Source: Rebecca billardiae RCC1528
Lineage: Eukaryota > Protista > Haptophyta
Direction of reading: 5' to 3'
DNA: 64,000 bases
Assembly: GCA_965240325.2 (NCBI GenBank)
Contig: OZ251242.1
Location: forward strand, 1,426,001 to 1,490,000
The notes below the pieces were generated by a model, which ran no database searches, was not told the DNA's origin, and worked only from the letters and a program-made list of their open reading frames with translations. Of the stretch, positions 12,469 through 26,933 are shown one piece after another. The translations under genes were made by a program, and so were the position numbers. Numbering within the stretch: the stretch's first letter is position 1; the number at the start of each line of letters is the position of its first letter.

Positions 12469-13317
12469 TCAGATCTCCACTGTGGTCTGGCCGCACTTGT
12501 GGTTGTGGATGTGAGCGGCGCAGCATTGCTTGAGACAGAGCTCCGCCTCGTCCTCGTCCTCGTAGTCATCCTCCTGAGTGATCCAGGGATCCTCCTCGAA
12601 GCGCGACTCGGAGCGGTCGTCGTCCACGTCGCGGTCGCACACCTGCAAGTGGTTCCAGCAGAACAGGCGACTCACCAAGTCCTCGTCGTACGCGTCGCGG
12701 TCCTCCCAGTCCATCGCCCCAACATCAATGTCGCACTCCACACGAAGACGGCACTCGGCGCACTCCCTAAGCTGGGCCCCACGTCGGTAGTGTGCCGGGC
12801 AGAAGGCGGCGGTGCAATGGCTCTCGCTGCAGCAGTAGCGCCCGGAGAAGACCATTTCGAAATCCTGGTACCTCCCATCTGGAAGAGAGCCCTCACCATT
12901 TCCGTGCAGCCGGCACACGCGCGCTGCGCACCCCGCCGTGTTGCACGTGCGGATCTCACAGCCCTCGAGTGCGCCCGAGCAGACGACACGCACTAGGCAC
13001 GTGGGAGTTTGCAAGATGCAGCGGCGCTCCCAGAGCTTGACGGCTCGCTCGATGGTCCTCAGAGGCTCATCCGGGGTCCCGAGGCCGCGGTCGTCGTCGC
13101 CCCGGTCCAAGTCCACGACAAAGGGCGGCGTGAGGCGCAGGGCCTTTGAGCGGCGTCCCGTGAAGCGCTCGTCATCCACAAGCGCGCGCCATCGGCGACA
13201 GACTCGGCGCGCGCTGACCAGATCGCGGTCGTTGAGAATGGTGAGCGCCAGACCCAGCGCGCGATCATCGTTCGCCTCGTCGTGGTCGTCGTCTCCCGCC
13301 ATCATCATCATCAGCAT
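12469..13317 (-). CDS. F-box protein with a DUF1565-like motif and a Cys/His-rich C-terminal region
   Basis: F-box-like LALTILNDRDLVSARRVCRRWRALVDD, then FVVDLDRGDDDRGLGTPDEPLRTIERAV, then many CxxC/CxxH pairs. Intronless. Start may be 13317 or 13302. Confidence 0.7.
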   Translation of the reverse strand: MLMMMMAGDDDHDEANDDRALGLALTILNDRDLVSARRVCRRWRALVDDERFTGRRSKALRLTPPFVVDLDRGDDDRGLGTPDEPLRTIERAVKLWERRCILQTPTCLVRVVCSGALEGCEIRTCNTAGCAARVCRLHGNGEGSLPDGRYQDFEMVFSGRYCCSESHCTAAFCPAHYRRGAQLRECAECRLRVECDIDVGAMDWEDRDAYDEDLVSRLFCWNHLQVCDRDVDDDRSESRFEEDPWITQEDDYEDEDEAELCLKQCCAAHIHNHKCGQTTVEI

Positions 13318-13632
13318 GCTACGACTATGAGCGGAATTTGCGCATGGCCGGACGGACGGCCGGAAAGCTCCAAAGCCCGAGGTCTCGGTGCGGGGCAACC
13401 GAAATCCAAAAAGGCGGCGCGCTCATTTTTCGGGGGCGCGGATTTCGGGATGAAATGTATTGATGGCGGTGGCCGCCCCAGCCGCTCCGCCCCGCCGTTG
13501 GCCGCCACCATGCGTCGGGGAGGCGCTAGATGGACACCATCGCCGCCAGGCTCGCGCCGCCATGTCTAGATCTATATATATCTATCTAGCTATCGATCCA
13601 TATGCAAGTTGCAACGCGACGACCGACGACGC

Positions 13633-13665
<33 letters not shown>
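13633..13665 (+). repeat. (GAT)n microsatellite
   Basis: About 11 tandem GAT units. Confidence 0.95.
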
Positions 13666-13771
13666 CCGAAGCGGGTCGGCGCTGCATTGCGACCGACGCC
13701 TGAGTCCTGACTACACTGCGCATGGGGCGCGCCGCACGCAGCTGAGCGCCTGCCAGCTGCGGCGGGCGCGC

Positions 13772-15922
13772 CTACCCCCGTAGGCGGTGGTACGCCTTGT
13801 GGTGGTGCTCGTGCTCGTGGTTGGCCGAGTCGAAGACGCAGCCCCGGGGGCACACGTGGAAGTGGCCGAACAGCAGCGAGCGGTGCGAGTCGAGCCGGCG
13901 CCGCCCAAAGTGCGAGCCCCACGCGTCCTCCTCGCCCGGCCCTGCGCGCACGCACCAGCGCGGGCACTCCACGCCCGCACGCTCGGGCGCGGGCGTGGGC
14001 GTGGGCGTGGGCGCGGCCGACGCGCCGACGCCCGCCGCCCCGGCCGCACCCGCCGAGCCAGCCGCCGCCCTCGGCCCGGGCGTGGGCGTCCAGCGCACGA
14101 TCTCGTCGAGGCCTGCGTCGTAGACGATGTTGTCCAGCCCGTCTGTGTAGATCACGTCGCGCACGCCGTCCTGCGCGCGCACGGTGTCCACGCCGCGCCC
14201 GCCGCGAATCTTGTCGTAGCCCTGCCCGCCGACGATCACGTCGTTGCCGGGCCCACCTGATCCCGCCGCGGGGCCGCGCGCGTGCACGCGGCGCGCTTTG
14301 GCCGTGAGCGCGCGCGGCGCGCGGTGCGCGGCAGATTGGTCGCGCCGCGCCGCGCGCCAGCGCGCCGGTGCGCGCGCACCGTAGAGGTAGTTGGCCACCT
14401 CGCCGCCGTTGGCGCCGCTGCCGTCGTCGCCGCCGGTGATGAGGTCCGCCCCGTGCCCGCCGAGGATCACGTTCACCGCGTCGCCCGCCGCGTTGTCCGC
14501 GCCGCCGAGCTGGTGCCCCGCGTTGCCTCCGCGCAGCACGTCCGCACGGCCGCCGCCGACCAGGTGGTTGTGCACGCTGCCGCCGCTCGAGCCGTCGGCG
14601 TCGACGTCGCCGCCGTCGCCGCCGACGAGCTGGTCAAAGTCGCGGCCGCCGAAGAGCCTGTTCGTCGCGTCGCCGCCGACGAGCATCGAGCCGCCCAGCG
14701 CCTCGCCCGCGTGCCCGCCCACGAGCGCGTCCGCGTGGTCGCCGCCTCTGAGCACGTTGCTCACCGCGCCGCCGCTCGCGCGCAGCCCGCTCGCGCCGCC
14801 CGCGTCGCCGCCCTTGAGGTAGTCGCCGTTCTGCCCGCCGTAGAGCCGGTTGAGCGCGTCGCCGCCGCGCACGTCCGTGCCGCCCGCGTCGCCCGCGTTG
14901 CCGCCGAACGCGTGGTCGTACCCCTCCTCCGCGCGGAAGACGTTGCGCGCCGCGCCGCCGTCCGCGTCCTCTCCGTACGCGTCGCCGCCGTCGCCGCCGT
15001 AGAACCAGTCGTACCCGGGGCCGCCGGACGCGATCGTCTCGGCGTCGCCCGCGACGACGCTGGTGCCGTCGGCCTCGCCCGCGTCGCCCGCGTAGATCAC
15101 GTCGCGGCCGTGCCCGCCGTCCACGTACGTGTACGCGTCGCCGCCGGCGCTGCCCGCGCCGCTCGCGTCGCCGCCCGCGCCGGTGAGCACGGTGTCCGCG
15201 CCGCCGCCCGCGAGCACGCGGCTGGACGCGTCGCCGCCGACGGCGCCGCCCGAGCCGGTGGCGTCGCCGGCGTCGCCGACGTTGATCGTGTCGCCGCCGC
15301 TCCCGCCGAACACCACGTTCGCCACGCCGCCGCCCGTCCCCGGCGCGGACGCGTCGCCGGCGTTGCCGCCGCCGACGTTGTCCGAGCCGTCGGCGGCGCG
15401 CACGACGTTGCTCGCGCCGCCGCCCGCCGCGCCGCCGGTGGAGATCGAGGCGCCGTCGCCGAGCTCGGCCTGGTCGGCGCCCTTGCCGAGGTAGGCCGTG
15501 TTGTACGCCGCGCCGCCCGCCGCGCCGCCGTCGCCCAGCTTGACGGCGTCGTGCCCCCAGTTCGCGTCGACCACGTTGGTCACGGCCGCGTCGGTCGCGG
15601 GGCCGGCCGCGTCCAGCCCGCTGATCGCGTCGTTGCCGCCGAGGCCGACGAGCAGGTTGCTCGACGAGCCGGCGCCGGTGCTCTTGCCCGCCAGCGTGTC
15701 CGCCGCCGAAGTGCCCGTCTGCACGTAGTCGTACTGGTCCGGGTCGAACTGGTCGCTCAGCTTGAGCGCGCGCGCGGGCCGCGCGCCATCGGCGCGCTCG
15801 CGCGCGCCACCGCGCGGCTGCTGCGCGGGCGCGAGCGCAGCGGGCTCATCGGCCGCCTGCTGCTGCGCAGCCGCGAGCGCGGCGAGCGTGAAGAGGCACG
15901 CCGCCGCCGCCCGCGGCACCAT
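13772..15922 (-). CDS. Secreted Gly/Asp-rich RTX-like (hemolysin-type Ca-binding) repeat protein, paralog A
   Basis: Signal peptide MVPRAAAACLFTLAALAAA; ~15 repeats containing GGxGxD; one in-frame 123-nt GT-AG intron at 14257-14379 (LYG|GPGNDVIVGG); PT-rich linker; Cys/His-rich C-terminus. Confidence 0.85.
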   Translation of the reverse strand: MVPRAAAACLFTLAALAAAQQQAADEPAALAPAQQPRGGARERADGARPARALKLSDQFDPDQYDYVQTGTSAADTLAGKSTGAGSSSNLLVGLGGNDAISGLDAAGPATDAAVTNVVDANWGHDAVKLGDGGAAGGAAYNTAYLGKGADQAELGDGASISTGGAAGGGASNVVRAADGSDNVGGGNAGDASAPGTGGGVANVVFGGSGGDTINVGDAGDATGSGGAVGGDASSRVLAGGGADTVLTGAGGDASGAGSAGGDAYTYVDGGHGRDVIYAGDAGEADGTSVVAGDAETIASGGPGYDWFYGGDGGDAYGEDADGGAARNVFRAEEGYDHAFGGNAGDAGGTDVRGGDALNRLYGGQNGDYLKGGDAGGASGLRASGGAVSNVLRGGDHADALVGGHAGEALGGSMLVGGDATNRLFGGRDFDQLVGGDGGDVDADGSSGGSVHNHLVGGGRADVLRGGNAGHQLGGADNAAGDAVNVILGGHGADLITGGDDGSGANGGEVANYLYGARAPARWRAARRDQSAAHRAPRALTAKARRVHARGPAAGSGGPGNDVIVGGQGYDKIRGGRGVDTVRAQDGVRDVIYTDGLDNIVYDAGLDEIVRWTPTPGPRAAAGSAGAAGAAGVGASAAPTPTPTPAPERAGVECPRWCVRAGPGEEDAWGSHFGRRRLDSHRSLLFGHFHVCPRGCVFDSANHEHEHHHKAYHRLRG

Positions 15923-16642
15923 CTCGACTCGCCGCGGCGCGCGGAGTCGCAGCGGGGCGGCGCCTGCGCTGCTCGCCGCTGCTCGGGCCACGCCCTCCCT
16001 GCGGCTGGGCGTCCCTCGCTGCTCGCTCAAGAAGAGCTCGCCGCCGCCGGACCGCACCGGCGCCGGGCTTGAACTGCTTCGTCACGGCGCATGGCGGGCA
16101 ATGGCGCTCATCATTGCGACACGTTCACTCGGCTTGAACCGCCGGACATTAGTAGTCAACTTACCCGCGCGAATAGCTCTGCTCAGTCCTTCAGATGATA
16201 GGGAATTAGGGATGCAGGGCCGGGCCGGCGCGTTGCCAGGCCGCGAGGGCAGTACACGCTCGAACGCGCGAGGTCAAGGCGGCTGCTCCCTGGCGAGATC
16301 GGCAGATCGCGCGGGGTGGACGCGCTACGCCCCCTCACATAGCCGAAATTTGGGCGGTGGGCGCACCCGGCTCTTTTACTAGGAGTTTCAGACTCCCGGC
16401 GGAGCTCAGGACTGCAGATGCAGTGGCGATGCACTTTGGGTCCGTGGCCTCTCAAGTTTTGAATAGGCGTGGAATGGGTCGTAACCCACCTGATGCGCGT
16501 CTCCAATAAGTAGGTGCGCCCGCCGCGCCGGCGCGACCAAAACTGTGCGCGCCGCTCAAGGTTTGCGCGGGCGGCGCAGAGGCGCAAAGCTCGGGGGGGC
16601 TCGTCCGGCGCGTTGGGGGCACCGCCAGACAAGGGGGCCACG

Positions 16643-19062
16643 ATGCTGCGAGTGGCGTGCCTCACGCTCGCAGCACTCGCGGCGGTGCAGGCCGCGGAGC
16701 CGGCCGCCGAGTCCGCGCGGCAGGATGCCAAGCACCACGATCACACGCACCACCGCCACAGGTACGGCGTCGACGCCCTGCGCGCGCGCGCGAGCACGAG
16801 CGAGCGGGCCGGCCGCGCGGGAGGGGGCGGGTCGAGCGCGCGCGGCGGCTGCGCACGAGCTGTCGGGCGCGCCGCGCCCGCGAGCGCTCACGCGCGGAGG
16901 GCACCCATTCGTGCCGCGCCCACCGCGCGGCCCCGCAGCTCGCACAAGTCGGCGGGCGCCTCGCGGCCCGCGCGCGCGCTCAAGCTGAACGACCAGTTCG
17001 ACTCGGACAACTACGACTACTACACGACCGGCAAACTTGGGCCGGACACGCTGCAGGCCTCTAGCACCGGGGGCTCGGAGTCGAGCAACTTGATCGTTGG
17101 CCGCGCCGGTGCTGACGACATCACCGGTCTGAACGCGGATGGCTGGAACGGGTGGGATCAATACGTGACAAACGTGATCGACGCCAACGCGGGCGACGAC
17201 CAGGTCAAGCTGGGCGATGCCGGCAAGAGCGGCGGCTCCGCGTACAACAAGGCGTACCTCGGGCAAGGCGCGGACCAGGTCGAGCTTGGCGACGGCTCGG
17301 GCCCCGGCAAGTACGGCGACGGCGGCTCCGCGCTCAACCTCGTCGTCGGCGGCAAGGGCGGCGACGTGTTCACCGGCGGCAACGCCGCCAACGGCGCCTT
17401 CAGCGGCGGGAAGGCGGGCGTCGTGGCCAACTACATCAACGGCGGCGGCGGCCGGGACGTGGTCAACGTTGGCGACGCCGGCGACGCGAACATGATCGCC
17501 TCGGTCGGTGGCAGCACGCTCAACGTGATCACGACCGGGAACGGCGACGACACCATCCTGGGCGGCGACGCGGGCGAGGTGACGGGCGGCCAGTACTCCA
17601 CCGCCGGCAGCACCGTCACGTTCGTCGACGGCGGCCGCGGCCGCGACGTGATCTACGCCGGCGGCGCCGGCGACACCCTCGGCGTGGGCACGAAGGGCGG
17701 CGACGCGACGACGTACGCCACGGGCGGCCTCGGGTACGACTGGTTCTACGGCGGCGACGGCGGCGACGCGTACGGCCTCCAGACCGAGGGCGGCACCGTC
17801 AAGAACGTCTTCCGCGCGGAGGAGGGGTACGACCACGCGTTCGGCGGCAACGCGGGCGACGCGTACGGCCAGGACGTGAGAGCGGGCGACGCGATCAACA
17901 AGCTGTACGGCGGGAAGAACCAGGACTACCTGAAGGGCGGCGACGCCGGCGACGTGGCGGGCAAGCAGGCCTTCAACTCGGTGGGCGGGTACGTGAACAA
18001 CGTGCTCGTGGGCGGCGACCACTCGGACGTGCTCAAGGGCGGCAACGGCGGCGACGCCACCGGCTTCACCGTCGACGACCCCATCAACGCCAACTACGGC
18101 GGCGTCGCGCGCAACGTGATGAAGGGCGGCAGAGACTTCGACAAGATCGTCGGCGGCGACGCGGGCTACGCCGACGCGCAGTACAACTACGGCGGCGACG
18201 TCCTCAACTACATCGACGGCGGCGCGGCCGCGGACATCCTCACCGGCGGCGACGCGGGCGGCGGCTCCTTTGGCGGGTATGGCGGCGACGCGCTCAACGT
18301 GATCCACGGCGACGGCGGCAACGACATCATCACCGGCGGTGACGACGGCACCGGCTCGACCGGCGGCGACGTGACCAACGCCCTCTACGGTGCGCGCACC
18401 GCGCGCACCCACCGCACCGCGCGCTCCGCGCCCTCGCGGCGCCGTGCTGACCAGCGAGCGCGCGCACGATGCCCCCGCTGGCCGCGCGCCCTCGCGAGCA
18501 GGCGGCCCGGGCGACGACGTGATCACCGGCGGCAAGGGCTACGACTTTATCAACGGTAGGGCCGCGGCGCGCGCGCCGGATGCGGCCCCGCGCGCGCGCG
18601 CTCACCCGCACCCCTCGCGCGCGCGCGCGCGCGCTGCCCCGGCGCGCAGGCGGGCGCGGCCACGACACGATCTTTGCGCAGGACGGCGTGCGCGACGTGA
18701 TCTACACGGACGGGCTGGACAACATCTTCTACGACGCCGGCCTCGACGAGATCCGGCAGTGGACGCCCACGCCGTCGCCCGTCCCGCTGCCGTCGCCGAC
18801 ACCGATGCCGACGCCCGCGCCCACACCTGACCCGGTCGACTGCCCCAAGTACTGCGTGCCCGAGCGGCGCCAGCTCGAGGAGGCGAGCGCGGACGAGCAG
18901 CAGTGGGGCGCGCCGGGCCGGCGCGAGCGCGGAGAGCGCGGCTACTCGCACCGCTCGCTGCTGTTCGGCCACTTCCACATGTGCCCCCAGGGCTGCGTCT
19001 TCGACACCGCCAACCACGCGCACGAGCACCCCAAGAAGACCTACCACCGCCGCCGCGGCTAA
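16643..19062 (+). CDS. Secreted Gly/Asp-rich RTX-like repeat protein, paralog B
   Basis: Signal peptide MLRVACLTLAALAAVQA; introns 16762-16938, 18390-18501, 18556-18649; collinear with paralog A and shares the LYG|G intron position; ends HRSLLFGHFHMCPQGCVFDTANHAHEHPKKTYHRRRG. Confidence 0.88.
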
Positions 19063-19551
19063 GCGGCGCGCGCGCCGGCGTGCGGCCGCCCCAGCGATGC
19101 CCCTCATCATGTCCTGCCTCGCGCAGCCGCGGCGAAGCGGCGCGACCCCGCATCGGCGACGGGCGGCGCCACCGACACGCCGCGCACCCCCACCTCGCGA
19201 CTAGACGCTCGGGCCGCGATGCACGTGAGCATCCCGGTCTCCTGGCACCAGCCGAGCCCGGACCTGAGTAAACGTCCGACGCCCGCGCTGCCTTATTACA
19301 TAACTCGATCCATCGGCGCGTGGTGCAGATTCACTACGTCCTGCACCGACTACCGCATGCCGCGACGATGAGCAAGATGTAACGACGCGAGGACTCTCGT
19401 CGGCCGCACCTGACTGACCTGTCAGTGTCGGCCCGGTCCGGTCGCAGGCTACGCTGGCGCACGCTGCGGGCCCTCCGCGCCCGTGGGCACTCGGCACCGC
19501 CGTGGCCTCCGCTTTGACAATGTCAGTCTGATCAGCAGTCGTCGATATGCC

Positions 19552-19583
<32 letters not shown>
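19552..19583. repeat. (TA)n microsatellite
   Basis: Near-perfect TA run in an intergenic region. Confidence 0.9.
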
Positions 19584-19975
19584 GTAGCGCAGTATAAACC
19601 CGCCGTGAGGTTGTGATCGTAGCTATATTCGTAGCAGTGCCATGCATGAATGCGCACAGGCCCGGCGCGCGCCGCGCCACGCACCGGCAGCCGCCAGTCC
19701 GGTTAGGGCGTTAGGCCAGTGGCAGTGGCCTGTCACTGACACGGTCACGGAGTCGCGTCCGAGTGAGTGCGACTGCGAGTCGCCGAGACGAGGTCGAGAG
19801 CGGCGTGATGACGAGACGACCGCCGTCAGACCGCGCCTGATGACGGACCGTCGAGCGCCTCCGAGCGGTAAGAGCAGTCACGGCTGCCACTCACCGGGCA
19901 GAGTCGTACGTGCTGATGATGAAGGGAACGACTACGAGATGCCGCGGCGGCGGGACCCGGCGGCGGGACCGCCGG

Positions 19976-20637
19976 TCAGCCCTCGCCGAGTAGCAGCTGC
20001 TTGTACGCCGAGAGCGCCGCCGCGAGCAGCGCGCCATCGGCGGGAGCGCCCGGGCGGCTGACGGCGTTGCCTGGTTGGCGACGGCGCGCCGTGGGCATCG
20101 CCGCCCTGCGGGCCGTTGCCGCGCCGCCCTCCCGCGCGCTCTCGCCATTCATCGCGCCCGCGGCGGCGACGCCAGCGTCGGCGGGCGGCTCCGGGCGTGG
20201 CGCGAACGCAGCTCGGAGCGAGCCGCGCTCAGGGTGCGCGCGCGGCGGCCGGGGCCGTGCCGCGGCCGCGCGCCGCCAGCCGAAGGCGACGCGCGCCTCC
20301 CGCGCCTCGGGGAGCGGCTGGCGTGCCTCCGCCTCCGCCTCCGCCTTATCCGCCTCCGCCTCCGCCTCGGCCTCCGCCTCGCTGCCGCTATCGGCATACC
20401 CCAGCGGGCCGCGCAGCCGCGCGCCGCCCGCGCCGCCGACAGAGATGCGCAGGGCGCCCCCCTCCGCGCCCTCCCCCGCGCCGTCCTCGCCCTCGCCCTC
20501 GGGCTGCCTTCCCCCCGGCTGCGTGCCGCCCTCTGCGCCGGCCTCGTCGCCGTCCTCGCCCGCGCCCTCGGCGCCACCCCAGCCGCCAAACACGCCGTCA
20601 GCGCACCCCTCACCCTCACCCTCGCCCTCGCCCTCCG

Positions 20638-20672
<35 letters not shown>

Positions 20673-21486
20673 CCCGTGTCGGGCGCGCCGTCCGCGTCCG
20701 TGTCGAGGCCCTCGTCGCCCCGCTCGGCGTCTGCCTCCTCCGCCTCCTCCCCCTCCTCCTCCGCGCCCTCCTCCTCGTCTCCGCTCAGCGGGCCGCCCTG
20801 CGGGCCGCGCTCCGCGCCCGCGCCGCCGCCGCCGTCGTCGCCGAGCGCGCCGCCCGCGCCGCCCGCGGCTGAAAGTCCGGTGAGAGAGAGAGTGAGCACG
20901 CCACTCAGCCCGCGCTTGGTGTACGGCGCCTCCGCGCCCTCCGCCTCATCCTCCGCCAGCACGGCGCCGCCCACCGCCTCGTCCAGCCCGGCCATCCCGC
21001 CCGTCTCCTCGTCCGCGCCGCCGAGCGCGCTGGCCGCGCCCAGGGCGCTGCCGCGCACGCTGCTGCCGCGCACGCTGCCCTCGCCCGCCACGCTCCCGGC
21101 CGCGGAGGGCAGGCCGAGGCTGGGCGCGCGCGCGGCGCGCGGGCTGGGCATGCCGAGCGCGCCGCTGGGCATCAGCGCGCCGCCCTCGTCCAGCGTCGAC
21201 TCCGTCGGCACCGGCAGCCGCCGCTTGGCGCCAGCGCCGCCGGGCGCGCCGCCGCCGCCGGGGCCGCCGGGGAGCTGCAGCCGCGGCCCGCCCGCGCCCG
21301 AGCTGCCGCCCGCGGCGGCGTCGGCGTCGGCGTCGTCGTCGGCGTCGAGCTGGACCGAGATGGGCGGCTGGGCTACGCCCGGCCAGAGCGGCGCGCCCGC
21401 GTCGTCCACGTCCATCGCCGCCTCGCCCCCGCGCTCCGCGGCCGCCGCCGCCTCCGCCTCCGCCTCCGCCGCCGCCTCCGCCGCCG

Positions 21487-21565
<79 letters not shown>

Positions 21566-22307
21566 GCGCCGCTGCCGCTTGCGCTCCGCCTTCTCCTCGC
21601 GCCGGCGGCGCGCGGCCTCCTCCGCCTCGGCGTCGGCCGCGCCGCCGGCCGCGCCGCCCTCCGCGCCGGCGGGCCAGCCGCCCGCCAGGCTCGTCCGCGC
21701 GCGCGCCAGCACGTCTTCCCTGGGCGGCCGCACGCACTGGAAGGCGTACACGCGCCCGTGCTGCCCGCCCTCCACGAACCGCACCTCGAGCTCGGAGTAG
21801 TCGGCGGAGACGGCGACGACCTCGGCGGGGTAGAAGGTGGAGGTGACCTCGCCCGTCTCCTCGTCCGGCCACAGCGCGAGCACCTCCTCGCCTGCGCCGC
21901 CGGGGCGCGCACGCGCCGCGCGGGCCGCGCGCGCGGTGAGCGCACCGCGCCGCGCGGCGCGTCGTGCGCGCGCGGAGGCGCCTACCGGGCTCGTACGGGG
22001 CGGCGAGGAGGTCGGGGTAGCGCGCGATGCCAAAGAGCGACACGAGGTGCACCTCGCCCAGCCCGACCGCCGGCACGCCCGCGCCCTCGGGCGACTCGTC
22101 GATCACGGCGTACGCGTCCCGGCCGCGCTCAAAGCCGACCGCGCGCGAGACGATCCAGTGCCACGAGCGCTCGCCCGAGCCGTCGTCGGCGGTGAGCAGG
22201 ACGTGCGCGGCGGCCGTGCGGCCGATCAGCTGCAGCGGGTCGTGCCACGCGCACGCCTCGAGCGGCTCGAGCCGCAGCGAGACGGCCGAGGCCGACGACG
22301 CCATCAT
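19976..22307 (-). CDS. SGF29-like tandem Tudor domain protein with poly-Gln and a long acidic C-terminus
   Basis: WHWIVSRAVGFERGRDAYAVIDE...PYEPG|EEVLALWPDEETGEVTSTFYPAEVV resembles the SGF29 (DUF1325) double Tudor motif GxxVLALYPxTTxFYxAxV; GT-AG intron at 21892-21985. Confidence 0.7.
21488..21562 (-). repeat. (CAG)25 coding repeat (poly-Gln)
   Basis: 25 perfect CTG units on the + strand, in frame in the Tudor gene. Confidence 0.95.
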
Positions 22308-22624
22308 CACGCGCGTGGAAGCCGAGGCCGCCGGCCGCGTCGCGCCGGGCTGGTCCTGCTCACCAAAAGCGCGGCGCTTTTCACTTTATTCGATCGAAGA
22401 TCGACCATCGAAATGTACACGCGACTAAAAACAAACTACGAATACAGTAAAGTTACGGGATCGCTGGATGCAGCGGTGCCCAATCCTGCTGCCAGACCGC
22501 TCGACTGCACACCCGCTCCCCGCCTGGAGCTCGCTCGCCCGGCGCGCTCTGGCAGCGCCCAGCCTCGCGAGCCCCGCCGTGGCGGCGCCGAGGCTCGTGC
22601 GCAAGCACCGCGCCGCGCGCGCGC

Positions 22625-26621
<3,997 letters not shown>

Positions 26622-26933
26622 TCTGATATGCCAAAGTGCACTGATGGGCCTGCTGCGCACAGCGAGGGCCCTTCGCCTGATTCGCGCACGCACTCGTCGT
26701 CAACGACTCGTCCGACGAGAGGCCGCAGCACGCCGCCAGGCGGCGCCAAGGCACGCGCGGCCAGCAGTCGTATACGACCGTACTAGTACCGCTTCAACGC
26801 AGCTGCTGCTGATGCGTGACGATGATGATGGCATAACGCGCGATGATGACGCGCGACTCTACTGCATGACGATATGTGAGACTGAATACGATATGACGCA
26901 ACGATGCTGCTGCCGAAGACAGACTCAGTCTCG

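Noticed and set aside
13399-13570. Short inverted repeats and CTAG upstream of the F-box gene as a canonical Helitron 3' end
   Set aside because: Hairpin spacing and the following base do not fit, and no matching 5' TC end was identified
13772-19062. PE-PGRS genes or bacterial contamination
   Set aside because: No PE domain; both genes have spliceosomal introns and ER signal peptides and sit among eukaryotic genes
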